A program made the translations under genes and the position numbers. The notes below the pieces were generated by a model, which saw only the letters and a list, made by a program, of their open reading frames with translations, did not search any database and had not been told where the DNA came from. A stretch of DNA of 26,674 bases from Pseudobdellovibrionaceae bacterium (lineage in GTDB: Bacteria; Bdellovibrionota; Bdellovibrionia; Bdellovibrionales; Bdellovibrionaceae). The stretch spans positions 1-26,674 of the forward strand of contig JBIKLL010000031.1 of NCBI GenBank assembly GCA_044359815.1, given 5' to 3'. Below, piece by piece: positions 8,219 through 18,228 of this stretch. Position 1 is the stretch's first letter. Each line of letters opens with the position of its first letter.

Positions 8219-10343
8219 CTTCAAGCTTTGCTTTATATTCTGCAATTTTATCGTTCAGATAATTTTGAGCCTTGTATCTTTTTAGATCATGAATGGAATC
8301 TTTGCGAATGTGTAAATTGTTAACGCCTTTTTCTTTCAGACGGTCTTTTTGTGATTGATAAAAGGTGCCACCTTGAGCCGTGTATCTGACATATTTTTGA
8401 TTTTCTTCCATATACACATACATATCAAATTCCAGCGGAGTGTCTGTTTTGATTTCTTCAATATTTAATTTTGCCATATTTTCCTGAGCCGATTCCTCAA
8501 GCTTCACGTCAGTGTTGGCGGTTGGAAAAAACGCAATGGCAATTTCTTCTCCGTCATGAACGGATTTTCTTAAAAATTCGGCTTGCTGTACGGCCCATGG
8601 TTCAAAATCAACTTCCTTGATTTTGATGGCCATATTGTCAGTTTCGGAAATCTGCTCACCATTGGCTTTCAAAAATGAAAATAATCTTTTTTTAATTTGT
8701 TCCAGCAAGGTTCCATCGACTTTTCTGTTTTTACCCATAGCTGCGACCAGATAACCATTAAATCTGGTGGACTCAACGGTGATGCAAGCGACATTAGTGG
8801 CCTTTTCTACAGTTTGAACGACTTTGTTTTCATCAGTCAGTGCGACGGATTCATCCATTGCCTGTTGTGTGCCCTTGATAATCAAGGTGTCAGGCTTTGT
8901 GGGTTTGTTGTTGTTTTGAAATTTGTAAACCGGATCTTTTTTTACTTTTTTAGGGACATAGCCACTGTCCATGGTGGGTTTGGTTTTCTGTTTGCCATAA
9001 GGCCCCTTAGATTCCATTGTAGGATTGGTTTTTCCACTGCTTTTTGATCCAGATTGAGCATTGGGATCTATGCCTTGTCTTTGCTTTTCAGAATTTGAAT
9101 CCGATTGTGTTTTATCAGCCCCTTGCGTGCCACCATTGGGATTAGCATTTGGATTTTGATTAAAGGCCGCGCCAGCAGCTTTTCGCATCCGCTCAGACCA
9201 ATCTTCAAAAGATTCTCCGTCTTCAGGTCCTTGAGAGACGCTACCGTCAGCTGATGGTGTGATCTGCGAGCCATCAATGCTGCCATCTGGTTTCAAAGCT
9301 GAGGGAGGTATAAATCCTTGCCCTGATTGCTTGGCTCTGGCCATTTGTTGCTGGTAGGCTTGTTTCATTCTTTCGTTCCACTGAGCTTGAGATTCGCCAT
9401 TTTGTGGACCATTGGAAACACTTCCGTCAGCTGATGGTGTGATTTGTGAACCATCAATACTGCCATCAGATTTTACGGCTGATGGCGGAATGTATCCCAG
9501 GCCCTGCTGAGATCTTTGGTTTTGTTGAGCGTGCGCTTGGCGCATGCGGGCAGCCCATTGCTCTTTGCTTTCACCGTCATTAGGAGTTTGCGAAATCTTT
9601 CCGTCATCTGATGGAATAATTTGCGATCCATCTACCGATCCATCAGCATTGATAGCGCTGGAAGGTATGTATCCCAAGCCACCTTTTGATGCCTGTCCTT
9701 TTGCGACAATGGTGCCGCCTTGTTGAATCAGTGAACCGCCTTGGGTCATTGTGTTGTTTGAACCTGTGCTGTCGCTGTCTGAACTTAAAAAACTACTTAA
9801 GGCAGCTTTAGCTTGTTCTGAGCTAAAACTTCCTGTGACCTGTGTGTATCCGGGGCCTTTAATTGTGGGGCCAGAGGATCCGCCAGTAAATCCTTGAGGT
9901 GTGCTGGATTCAGCTCCGGATTCTAAATCTTTTTGAATTTTTCTGATAATCCTATCAATCGCAGGACCGCTGACGGGTGGGTACAAAGTGTATTTTAGCC
10001 CCATGTCGTGCAATACTTTAATTGTTTCGTTTGTTTGCTGTTCAGCAAAAGCAATTATTTTAACTGGAAAAGCTTGGGTTAACAATTTGGGAAGCATTCG
10101 TGTTTTTTTGTTTTTATGATCTGCGCTGATCATCAGAAACTGTGGCTGCTTAGTGATCAAATAGGTCAGCAGTTCTTTAAAGTTTGAACCGCTGGATACG
10201 TTCCAACCGCGGTTACGCAAAAAAGTTTCAGCGGGGACCATTACACCAGGTGCGCTTTTAAAAATGTAAAGCGAATACGACTCTTCTTTCACCGAGTCAT
10301 TCTCCTCATCTTTTACATCCAAATCTTTTGGATCTGCTGACAT
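8202..10343 (-). CDS. Large hypothetical protein: degenerate receiver-like N-terminus, three ~60-aa repeats in a low-complexity linker, globular C-terminus
   Basis: Long ORF. ATG 10343 has an AAAGGA SD upstream. Repeats are visible in the translation. Confidence 0.8.
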   Translation of the reverse strand: MSADPKDLDVKDEENDSVKEESYSLYIFKSAPGVMVPAETFLRNRGWNVSSGSNFKELLTYLITKQPQFLMISADHKNKKTRMLPKLLTQAFPVKIIAFAEQQTNETIKVLHDMGLKYTLYPPVSGPAIDRIIRKIQKDLESGAESSTPQGFTGGSSGPTIKGPGYTQVTGSFSSEQAKAALSSFLSSDSDSTGSNNTMTQGGSLIQQGGTIVAKGQASKGGLGYIPSSAINADGSVDGSQIIPSDDGKISQTPNDGESKEQWAARMRQAHAQQNQRSQQGLGYIPPSAVKSDGSIDGSQITPSADGSVSNGPQNGESQAQWNERMKQAYQQQMARAKQSGQGFIPPSALKPDGSIDGSQITPSADGSVSQGPEDGESFEDWSERMRKAAGAAFNQNPNANPNGGTQGADKTQSDSNSEKQRQGIDPNAQSGSKSSGKTNPTMESKGPYGKQKTKPTMDSGYVPKKVKKDPVYKFQNNNKPTKPDTLIIKGTQQAMDESVALTDENKVVQTVEKATNVACITVESTRFNGYLVAAMGKNRKVDGTLLEQIKKRLFSFLKANGEQISETDNMAIKIKEVDFEPWAVQQAEFLRKSVHDGEEIAIAFFPTANTDVKLEESAQENMAKLNIEEIKTDTPLEFDMYVYMEENQKYVRYTAQGGTFYQSQKDRLKEKGVNNLHIRKDSIHDLKRYKAQNYLNDKIAEYKAKLEAKAAG
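9170..9680 (-). repeat. Three intragenic tandem repeats (177-180 nt period)
   Basis: Units start at 9680, 9503 and 9323, consensus GxG[YF]IPxSA..DGS[VI]DGSQIxPSxDG..S..P..GES...W..RM. Confidence 0.9.
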
Positions 10344-10591
10344 CACTAAATTCCTTTTTCTCTGCATTCTATTCGGCAAAAACGGCCTGTCTTTTTAGCA
10401 ATTTAGCAAAAGCTTGGACCAAAGACTGATTTGTCAGTTTTTGAAGCGCAGGGTCCTGTATTAAAAGTGACATTGGTACTGGATAATATTAACCTTAAGC
10501 TGGACTTTTCACTGGCATTTTTAACTGACAAAAGATTTTAAACTGATGTTTTAAACAAAAAATATAAACCCATTTTTTAAAGAAGCACACC

Positions 10592-12472
10592 TTGGACCAG
10601 CAAAATAATACCCATCACCAGCCTTTATCAGTACTTTTTTTAGGAGCCTTAGGAATTGTCTACGGCGACATCGGAACCAGTCCCCTTTACGCTATCAGGG
10701 AGTGTTTTTCCGCTCATTATTTAACAGTCGATGAAACCAATGTTCTAGGGATTTTGTCATTGATTTTTTGGAGCTTGTTTTTAGTTGTTTCCATAAAATA
10801 TGTTTCTGTGATTCTGCGGGCAGATAACAGGGGCGAGGGCGGGATTTTGTCATTAATGTCCTTAGCTCTCAAAAAGACTTCACCTGATAAAAAATATTTT
10901 CCGTTTATTGTTCCCTTGGGTATTATCGGAGCCGCTTTATTGTACGGGGATGGAGTCATCACACCGGCAATTTCGGTTTTATCTGCGGTCGAGGGTGTTA
11001 AAGTCGTCACTCCTGTTTTTGAAAAATACGTAGTTCCCGTAACGATGGTGATCATCGTTTTATTATTTATGGTTCAACAGATTGGCACTGGTCGCATCGG
11101 AGTGCTGTTTGGTCCGATTATATTATTGTGGTTTATAGTGATTGGCTGGTTAGGTGTTCAACAAATAATTTTAAAGCCTGATGTTATGCTGTCTCTGAAT
11201 CCAATGTATGCGGTCGATTTTTTTATTAGCAACGGCTCTTTGGGATTTATCATTTTAGGTTCGGTGGTGCTGGTTATCACAGGTGGCGAAGCTTTGTATG
11301 CAGACATGGGGCATTTTGGTAAAGAGCCCATTAGACTGGCTTGGTTTTTTATCGTTCTTCCTGGTCTTGTCCTAAACTATTTAGGGCAGGGTGCTTTACT
11401 TTTAACTAATCCCGCAGCCATCAAAAGTCCGTTTTTTTTAATGGCTCCCGAGTGGATGCTTTGGCCGCTGGTGATTTTGGCAACCTTGGCCACAGTGATT
11501 GCATCGCAGGCTTTGATTTCAGGAGTGTTTTCATTATCAAAGCAGGCCATGCAATTAGGATTTTCACCCAGAATGAGGATCATTCACACCTCCAGTCGTG
11601 AAATCGGTCAGATTTATATCCCAGTGATCAATTGGATTATGATGGTTTTTGTTTTGTGGCTTGTAATGACGTTTAAAACATCCAGTCAATTGGCATCTGC
11701 CTACGGTATAGCAGTTACCGGGACTATGGCTATCACCAGTTTGTTGGCATTTATTGTTGCCAGAGAACATTGGAAATGGGGATTTAAACGCAGTTTATTT
11801 ATATTTATAGGATTTTTTATTTTGGACCTGGCTTTTTTTGGAGCCAATATTTTAAAAATTGGAGAAGGCGGTTGGATATCAATTGCACTTGGCCTGGGTG
11901 CTTATTTAATTATGTCTACTTGGAAAAAGGGCCGCAGAATTTTAGCCGAAAAATTGTTGAATCGATCAGTTTCCATTGATGATTTTCTGCAACAGATCAA
12001 GGAAAACCCTGTACACAGAGTTCCTGGTTCAGCCATTTATATGGCAGGGGATTCATGGGGTGTGCCCTTCCCACTATTGCATATTATCAAACACAACAAG
12101 GTCATGCACAATCAGGTGGCCATTTTGACAATCAAAACCAAAGAAGTCCCTTGGGTTGCCAAAAAAGACCGAGTTCAAATCGAAACTTTATCCGAGAATT
12201 TCTATAGGATCATTGCCTACTACGGTTTTATGGAAATTCCGAAAATTAAACACATTCTTGAAGCCTGTCGTGAACGAGGCATCATGTACAACATCACTGA
12301 AACAACCTTTGTTTTAGGACGTGAAACCATTTTGGCCACAGGGGATCCGACCCTATCAATTTGGCGCGAGAGAATTTTTGCGTTTTTATCTCGCAATGCT
12401 GAACGACCAACTTCGTTTTTCAAGATCCCACCGAACCAAGTTATCGAAGTCGGTATCCAAGTCGAGATTTAA
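10592..12472 (+). CDS. kup: KUP/HAK/KT potassium transporter
   Basis: GIVYGDIGTSPLY, ADNRGEGG, DGVITPAISVLSAVEG, GGEALYADMGHFG and AYGIAVT motifs. Confidence 0.97.
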   Translation: MDQQNNTHHQPLSVLFLGALGIVYGDIGTSPLYAIRECFSAHYLTVDETNVLGILSLIFWSLFLVVSIKYVSVILRADNRGEGGILSLMSLALKKTSPDKKYFPFIVPLGIIGAALLYGDGVITPAISVLSAVEGVKVVTPVFEKYVVPVTMVIIVLLFMVQQIGTGRIGVLFGPIILLWFIVIGWLGVQQIILKPDVMLSLNPMYAVDFFISNGSLGFIILGSVVLVITGGEALYADMGHFGKEPIRLAWFFIVLPGLVLNYLGQGALLLTNPAAIKSPFFLMAPEWMLWPLVILATLATVIASQALISGVFSLSKQAMQLGFSPRMRIIHTSSREIGQIYIPVINWIMMVFVLWLVMTFKTSSQLASAYGIAVTGTMAITSLLAFIVAREHWKWGFKRSLFIFIGFFILDLAFFGANILKIGEGGWISIALGLGAYLIMSTWKKGRRILAEKLLNRSVSIDDFLQQIKENPVHRVPGSAIYMAGDSWGVPFPLLHIIKHNKVMHNQVAILTIKTKEVPWVAKKDRVQIETLSENFYRIIAYYGFMEIPKIKHILEACRERGIMYNITETTFVLGRETILATGDPTLSIWRERIFAFLSRNAERPTSFFKIPPNQVIEVGIQVEI

Positions 12473-12521
12473 TAAACTAAACAGATCCGGCTTTATTAAA
12501 CTGAGTCACCATTTCTTGCGA

Positions 12522-13652
12522 TCAGTTTGATGAAAAAAACTTGAGGACTTCTTCTTTACGACGGATGACGTCGTCGTATCCGAGCTCGATCAATTGAGAT
12601 GTGAATTCTTTTTCAAACAATAGGTAGCTGATGATTTCAGAAGCGTCTTCCAGAGGGCCTAAACCTTTCAGTACAAAACGAATGATCCTAGGAAGCTTAG
12701 ATGACATGCTGGATGCGATTTCGCCTATGTCATGGCTAGGCGACATAAACAGATGGTCGACGGGTTTGAAATTTAATTGGGCGTGATGTTCTGCAGGAAC
12801 CTTTTTTAAAAAATCATTGATGCGATTTAGTCTTTCGACATCAACTTCCACACCGTCTAACAAAACCGCGTTTAAAATAACATTTACGACTCTGGCGACA
12901 CTGGGGCTTTTCTTTGATGTGGCAAAAGCTCTGTCGTAGGCAGAATCAGCCGTCATTCTGACTCCCACAATAAATAATTTATCAGCTCCCAAATGCAGGG
13001 CTGCACTGCAAGGGGCCAGATTCCTGACACAACCATCACCAAAAAATCTGTCTTCAATGGCTATTGGTGGAAACAAAATAGGAATCGCACTGGAGCCTAT
13101 AATGTGTTCAGCTTTGATGTTTGCTTTTTCTGATTTTCGACGAGCTCTTTCCCAGTCCACACAACTGCTGTCACCTTCTACAAAGGTGATGGCAGTCGAA
13201 GTTTTGTAATCCATTGCCGTGATGGTCAGGGCCTTTAAATTTCCTTTGTTAATCTGTTCAGCAATTTTTTCGCTCTGCAGATTTTTATTTATCAATTCAA
13301 ATAAAGGGGCTGTGTCCAATAATGAATTGCCAGGAGTCGTGCCTGTTAGGGCACCAAAAGACAATTCTCCTACCCATTTTAATCCGATTTTTCCGATGGA
13401 CAGTGCATCTGTTTTAAACACATTCTCAGTTTTAAGAGTTCCCCACAAATCAGCCAATTTTCTGGCCGATGAAACAAAATCATCATTGCCCGCAGCCATC
13501 ACAGAAGCGTTGATAGCTCCGGCACTGACTCCGCTTAAAATTTGAAATGGAATTTTAATGCCAGCTTTCGACGTGATATCTGCCAGGCCATTGAGCACGC
13601 CAACCTGATAAGCACCTCTTGCTCCACCACCTGATAAAACCAAAGCATTCAT
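12522..13652 (-). CDS. Patatin-like phospholipase
   Basis: GGGARG oxyanion motif, GVSAG nucleophile, and DGC as a DGG variant. Confidence 0.92.
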   Translation of the reverse strand: MNALVLSGGGARGAYQVGVLNGLADITSKAGIKIPFQILSGVSAGAINASVMAAGNDDFVSSARKLADLWGTLKTENVFKTDALSIGKIGLKWVGELSFGALTGTTPGNSLLDTAPLFELINKNLQSEKIAEQINKGNLKALTITAMDYKTSTAITFVEGDSSCVDWERARRKSEKANIKAEHIIGSSAIPILFPPIAIEDRFFGDGCVRNLAPCSAALHLGADKLFIVGVRMTADSAYDRAFATSKKSPSVARVVNVILNAVLLDGVEVDVERLNRINDFLKKVPAEHHAQLNFKPVDHLFMSPSHDIGEIASSMSSKLPRIIRFVLKGLGPLEDASEIISYLLFEKEFTSQLIELGYDDVIRRKEEVLKFFSSN

Positions 13653-13761
13653 ATATACAATTGAATCAAATAAGGGGCAGCACGTCTATTAAGATTTGTT
13701 TTGTACCCATAATAAAATTCGGACATAATTTTTGTTCTTAATCCAACAGGAGGAAACAAGA

Positions 13762-14358
13762 ATGAGAAATATTTTAACAAAAACAGCAGTTATCGGGTTG
13801 ATGGTTTACGGACCATTGGCTGGAGCCACTCCATACAAACTGGACGAGTCACACACGTCAGTGGGATTTAAAGTAAAACATTTAGTTGTTGCTAATGTTA
13901 AAGGAACATTTAACAAATTTGACGGAGCCTTTGAATTTGATGAAGCAAAGGGCGAACTTTCCAAAGTTGAAGTCAATATTGACACAGCATCGATTGATAC
14001 TAACGACTCAAAACGTGATGATCATTTAAAATCTCCGGATTTTTTTGATGCTTCTAAGAACAAAAAAATCACTTTCAAAGGCAACAAGATTGAATACAAA
14101 GACAAAAAGCCGGTAAAAATCACTGGAGAATTGCAAATGAAGGGTGTGACTAAACCGATCACTCTGGATTTGGAATACAACGGTGCTGCAAAAGATCCTT
14201 GGGGTAATGAAAAGGTTGGTTTTTCACTTAAAGGAAAATTAAACAGAAAAGACTGGAACATCACTTGGAACAAAAATCTTGATGGTGGTGGAGTCGTTGT
14301 TGGCGAAGAAATCGAAATCATGATTGAAGGCGAAGCTAATAAAGTCGCTAAAAAATAA
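13762..14358 (+). CDS. yceI: YceI-family periplasmic lipid/polyisoprenoid-binding protein
   Basis: Signal peptide, HTSVGFKVKHL, RDDHLKSPDFFD and DPWG; AGGAGG SD before ATG 13762. Confidence 0.92.
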   Translation: MRNILTKTAVIGLMVYGPLAGATPYKLDESHTSVGFKVKHLVVANVKGTFNKFDGAFEFDEAKGELSKVEVNIDTASIDTNDSKRDDHLKSPDFFDASKNKKITFKGNKIEYKDKKPVKITGELQMKGVTKPITLDLEYNGAAKDPWGNEKVGFSLKGKLNRKDWNITWNKNLDGGGVVVGEEIEIMIEGEANKVAKK

Positions 14359-14396
14359 GGGTTGTTTTTAAAGCAACATACTTAAAGTATCACTTT

Positions 14397-14427
14397 AACC
14401 AGTCTGGAAACAGACTGGTTTTTTTTT
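14397..14427 (+). terminator. Rho-independent terminator after yceI
   Basis: aaccagtctg-GAAA-cagactggtt followed by a T-run. Confidence 0.92.
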
Positions 14428-14462
14428 AATTAACCGCAGACAGATGTGCTGTTTGCAAAGTT

Positions 14463-16868
14463 TTAAACAGTAGAGCTTAAATTACTTTGCTGTCCAGTTG
14501 ATCCAGTGTCATTCATCAAAAGGCTGTCAGCTGAAAGTTTAATTCCTAAAGCGATATCTAAAACCTGTTCAACTCGGTCTACAAAATAAATTTTCAACTG
14601 AGCCTTGATATCGGCAGGAACATCTCGCAGGTCGGGTTCGTTCTTTGCTGGCAAAATAACTTCACTGACCCCGGATCTGTGAGCAGCTATGACTTTTTCT
14701 TTGATTCCACCCACGGGCATAACAGCACCCCTTAGGGTCACTTCACCAGTCATGGCAAGCTTTGGCTTTACAGGAATGCCTGACAGTTTGCTGGCAATCG
14801 ATGTCAACATAGTCACTCCAGCCGAGGGGCCGTCTTTCTGGATGGCTCCAGCAGGAATATGAATATGCAAATCTGTTTGGCTTTTATTCAAGGCAAATCC
14901 TGTGTGTGCCAACAATGTTCTGGCAAGGCTTAAGGAAATTTGCGCAGACTCTTTCATCACATCACCTAATTGGCCAGTCAGTATCAGTTCACCTTTTCCT
15001 GGCATCTGTGTGGTTTCAATAAACAAAATATCGCCGCCAACAGGGGTCCAGGCTAAACCAATCGAAACTCCTGGGTGTCCCCAGTTTTCAGCAAGCTCCA
15101 GTCGAAATTTTTCTGGACCAATCAGTTCAGTCAAATTTTTTGATTCAATAATGACCGGATTTGGTTTGCTTGAAATAATCTTTTCGCTGCTGGCTCTGAT
15201 AAGGGTCACGATTTTTCTTTGCAGATCTCTGACCCCAGCTTCTTTGGTGTATGAAGTTATCAGATTCATTAAAGCTTCGTCTTTGATTTGCAAACTGCTT
15301 GGATCCAGGCCGTGTTCAGCAAACTGTTTTGGTATCAGATGGTTTTTTGCAATGTGCATTTTTTCAGCGCTTGTGTATCCGTTAATTTCAATGATTTCCA
15401 TTCGGTCCAACAGGGGGCCAGGGATGCCGTCTAAGCTGTTTGCGGTGGCAATAAAAAACACTTTTGATAAATCATAGGGAACATCCAGGTAATGATCCAA
15501 AAAGGTGCTGTTTTGCTCAGGGTCCAGGACCTCTAACAAAGCAGCCGCAGGGTCTCCTTGAAATGATCTGGATAACTTGTCGATTTCATCCAGTAAAAAC
15601 ACAGGATCATTGCTGCCTGATCTTTTAATCCCTTGAATGATTCTGCCAGGCATGGCGCCAATATAGGTCCTTCTGTGCCCGCGGATTTCTGAATCATCAC
15701 GAACTCCTCCGACGGCCACTCTGACAAATTTACGATTTAAAGTTTTTGCGATGGATTCACCCAAGCTGGTCTTTCCAACGCCCGGGGGGCCTACAAATAA
15801 TAAAATTGACCCTTTAAGATTTTTCTTAAGCTTCATCACAGCCAAATGCTGAATGATTCTTTTTTTAACAGCATCCAATCCATAGTGATCCTGTTGTAAT
15901 TGGGCACGGGCTTTTTCCAGATCAATTTCAGAATCGCTGACTGAGTCCTTCCAGGGTAGGGACACCAGCAATTCTAAATAATTTCTGATGATGTGACTTT
16001 CTGGTGACTGCGTACCCACTTCTGAAAAACGTTTCAGTTCTGAAAGTGCGACCTTTTTTACGTCTTCGGGCATTTCGGCTTCTTCAATTTTTGCACGCAA
16101 TTGGTCTTCTTTTTTAGTTTCATCACTTTCGCCCAGCTCTTCACGGATGGCTTTAAGTTGTTCACGCAAAATAGCTTGTTTCTGCGTTTGACCCATTTTT
16201 TGATTTAGTTTTCCGCGGATTTCAGCCTGCACAGAAAGACTTTCTTTAACTTGCGACAATATGTTCATTAAATACAGGCTGCGCTCTTTGATGGATCGCA
16301 TTTCTAATATTTTTTGTTTTTCTTTATATGGCAAATCAATGTTGCCTGCGCACAGCCAACATAAAAAAGACAGATCATCCACAGTGTTAACAAGCTCAGC
16401 TAACTGTTCAGTATTAGCCGGGATAAATTTTAAAATATCTTTTGAAATTTCCTTAAGACTTGCCAGCATCATTTCTTGGGTGTTCTGATCCACATCGTTT
16501 TCATCACCTAATTCTGTGGCATCTCCAATGATATGATTTTTTTTACTCAGTTTTAAATCATTAATCTGAGCGCGAGCAACACCCTTAAGCACCACTTGAT
16601 ACCCAGTTTCAGGGGAGCCTTTCATGGATTCGATACGACAGATAGTTCCCACGCTGTGAACTTCGTGAGCCTCAACAGCTTTATCAGAATTTAAATCTTC
16701 ATCAGTTTTTAGTTGCTGAGTGGCAACGATCCAATAACCGTTTTTTTCAGCTTCCAATAAAGCGTTTATGGAACGTGTGCGACCCACACGAACTAATTGT
16801 GTCAGTCCAGGGAAAATCACATTGTTTCTGAGTGGCAATACGGGCAGCAGTCCTTGGGCAAAAGGCAT
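14463..16868 (-). CDS. lon: ATP-dependent protease La (LonA)
   Basis: LPLRN N-domain, Walker A GPPGVGKT, Walker B LLDEIDK, catalytic KDGPSAG and GGIKEK; GGAGG SD. Confidence 0.97.
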   Translation of the reverse strand: MPFAQGLLPVLPLRNNVIFPGLTQLVRVGRTRSINALLEAEKNGYWIVATQQLKTDEDLNSDKAVEAHEVHSVGTICRIESMKGSPETGYQVVLKGVARAQINDLKLSKKNHIIGDATELGDENDVDQNTQEMMLASLKEISKDILKFIPANTEQLAELVNTVDDLSFLCWLCAGNIDLPYKEKQKILEMRSIKERSLYLMNILSQVKESLSVQAEIRGKLNQKMGQTQKQAILREQLKAIREELGESDETKKEDQLRAKIEEAEMPEDVKKVALSELKRFSEVGTQSPESHIIRNYLELLVSLPWKDSVSDSEIDLEKARAQLQQDHYGLDAVKKRIIQHLAVMKLKKNLKGSILLFVGPPGVGKTSLGESIAKTLNRKFVRVAVGGVRDDSEIRGHRRTYIGAMPGRIIQGIKRSGSNDPVFLLDEIDKLSRSFQGDPAAALLEVLDPEQNSTFLDHYLDVPYDLSKVFFIATANSLDGIPGPLLDRMEIIEINGYTSAEKMHIAKNHLIPKQFAEHGLDPSSLQIKDEALMNLITSYTKEAGVRDLQRKIVTLIRASSEKIISSKPNPVIIESKNLTELIGPEKFRLELAENWGHPGVSIGLAWTPVGGDILFIETTQMPGKGELILTGQLGDVMKESAQISLSLARTLLAHTGFALNKSQTDLHIHIPAGAIQKDGPSAGVTMLTSIASKLSGIPVKPKLAMTGEVTLRGAVMPVGGIKEKVIAAHRSGVSEVILPAKNEPDLRDVPADIKAQLKIYFVDRVEQVLDIALGIKLSADSLLMNDTGSTGQQSNLSSTV

Positions 16869-16910
16869 AATTTCCTCCTGCGATTTAATCTGGGCACGTT
16901 CGAAAACCAG

Positions 16911-17591
16911 TCAAGTGATCTTAAAAAAGTTCTCTAAGCCTTGTTGAAACCACTTGTGAATTTCAGGTAATTTATTTTTATTGTTTAAAATTTGATCAGA
17001 GGTCTGACAAAATTTTCCAGTGGGTATGGGGTCTGGGTCATTGGCGCATTCAGTGACCCATTCAACCTCAGCCTCTGGATGAAACTGCATCGCTAACACA
17101 TGATCACTTAATGAAAATCCCTGATTCGCAGTGGCTTCACTGCGGGCTAAAAGCTGGCAACCGGATGGCAGATCACTGGCATATTGATGCCAGTGAAAGA
17201 CATCAAGTGATTTCGCTGATTCTATCCAATGAATCGGTTGAAACCCAATTTCCCACTGATCTTGTTTGTAAACGCGAGCACCCATTACGTGTGCCAGCAT
17301 TTGTGATCCCAGGCAAAGGCCCAGGATTTTAGATTTTTGATTGATTAGTTTTTTAATTGTCAGATATTCTGGATTCATCCAAGGGTGATTTGATTCTTCA
17401 CCGATGTTCATAGTTCCACCCAGTAAAATAACATTTTTAAAATCAGCCACAGCGTTCCAGTCATAAATTTCTTGGGCCTTTACCAGCTTAAATGACTGAT
17501 TGTTTTTTTTTAGCCAAGTAGATACAAAACCCGGCGGAGTTGTGTGACAATGTTGAATAATTAAGAAGGGGACATTAATGGAACTGGTCAT
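16911..17591 (-). CDS. Class I glutamine amidotransferase-like protein (start uncertain, 17591 or 17606)
   Basis: IIQH, LGLCLGSQML nucleophile elbow, WHQY and QFHPE. Confidence 0.88.
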   Translation of the reverse strand: MTSSINVPFLIIQHCHTTPPGFVSTWLKKNNQSFKLVKAQEIYDWNAVADFKNVILLGGTMNIGEESNHPWMNPEYLTIKKLINQKSKILGLCLGSQMLAHVMGARVYKQDQWEIGFQPIHWIESAKSLDVFHWHQYASDLPSGCQLLARSEATANQGFSLSDHVLAMQFHPEAEVEWVTECANDPDPIPTGKFCQTSDQILNNKNKLPEIHKWFQQGLENFFKIT

Positions 17592-18228
17592 GGAATTTGT
17601 TAACATGATACTGCATATTGATCAACATTTGGCCCAGTGGATGCAACTTTATGGGGCCGGGATTTATCTGGTCGTTTTTTTGATCGTCTTTGCAGAAACT
17701 GGTTTGGTCGTCACACCTTTTTTACCAGGAGATTCGTTGCTGTTTGCACTGGGAGCCTTAACTGCTATCGATGGCGGTTTGCAGTATTGGGTGTTAGTGG
17801 CGCTTTTGTTTGTCGCAACTTTATTGGGAGACAATACAAATTTCTTTATCGGAAGGACCCTGGGGCCGAAAGTTTTTAACAATAAAAATTCTAAAATTTT
17901 TAATCCTAAACACCTGACTAGCACTCACCAGTTTTTTGCCAAACATGGACCCAAAGCTGTGATTATGGCAAGATTTGTTCCCATCTTCAGAACTTTTGCG
18001 CCTTTTGTTGCGGGTATCGGTAAGATGGCATATTCAAAATTTATTAGTTTTAGTTTTATCGGATCTTTTTTGTGGATTTTTATTTTTCTGTCCGCTGGGC
18101 ATTTTTTTGGGAACATGCCAGTTGTTAAAAAGAACTTCACCTTGGTTATTTTTGCTGTGATTGGTGTTTCGGTTTTGCCAATTCTTTTTGAAATGTACAA
18201 AACCAAATTCAGCAAGCATTCGTCATGA
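17578..18228 (+). CDS. dedA: DedA-family membrane protein
   Basis: FAETGLVVTPFLPGDSLLFA, GDN and ARFVPIFRTFAPFVAG; SD aagaagggg. Confidence 0.94.
   Translation: MELVMEFVNMILHIDQHLAQWMQLYGAGIYLVVFLIVFAETGLVVTPFLPGDSLLFALGALTAIDGGLQYWVLVALLFVATLLGDNTNFFIGRTLGPKVFNNKNSKIFNPKHLTSTHQFFAKHGPKAVIMARFVPIFRTFAPFVAGIGKMAYSKFISFSFIGSFLWIFIFLSAGHFFGNMPVVKKNFTLVIFAVIGVSVLPILFEMYKTKFSKHSS

Noticed and set aside
10380..10591. c-di-AMP (ydaO) riboswitch upstream of kup
   Set aside because: Only a small hairpin (aaagactga/tcagttttt) is present, with none of the conserved ydaO motifs.
12502..12508. TGAGTCA in the kup-patatin gap as another element copy
   Set aside because: A 7-mer is expected a few times by chance in 27 kb, and no core or arms accompany it.
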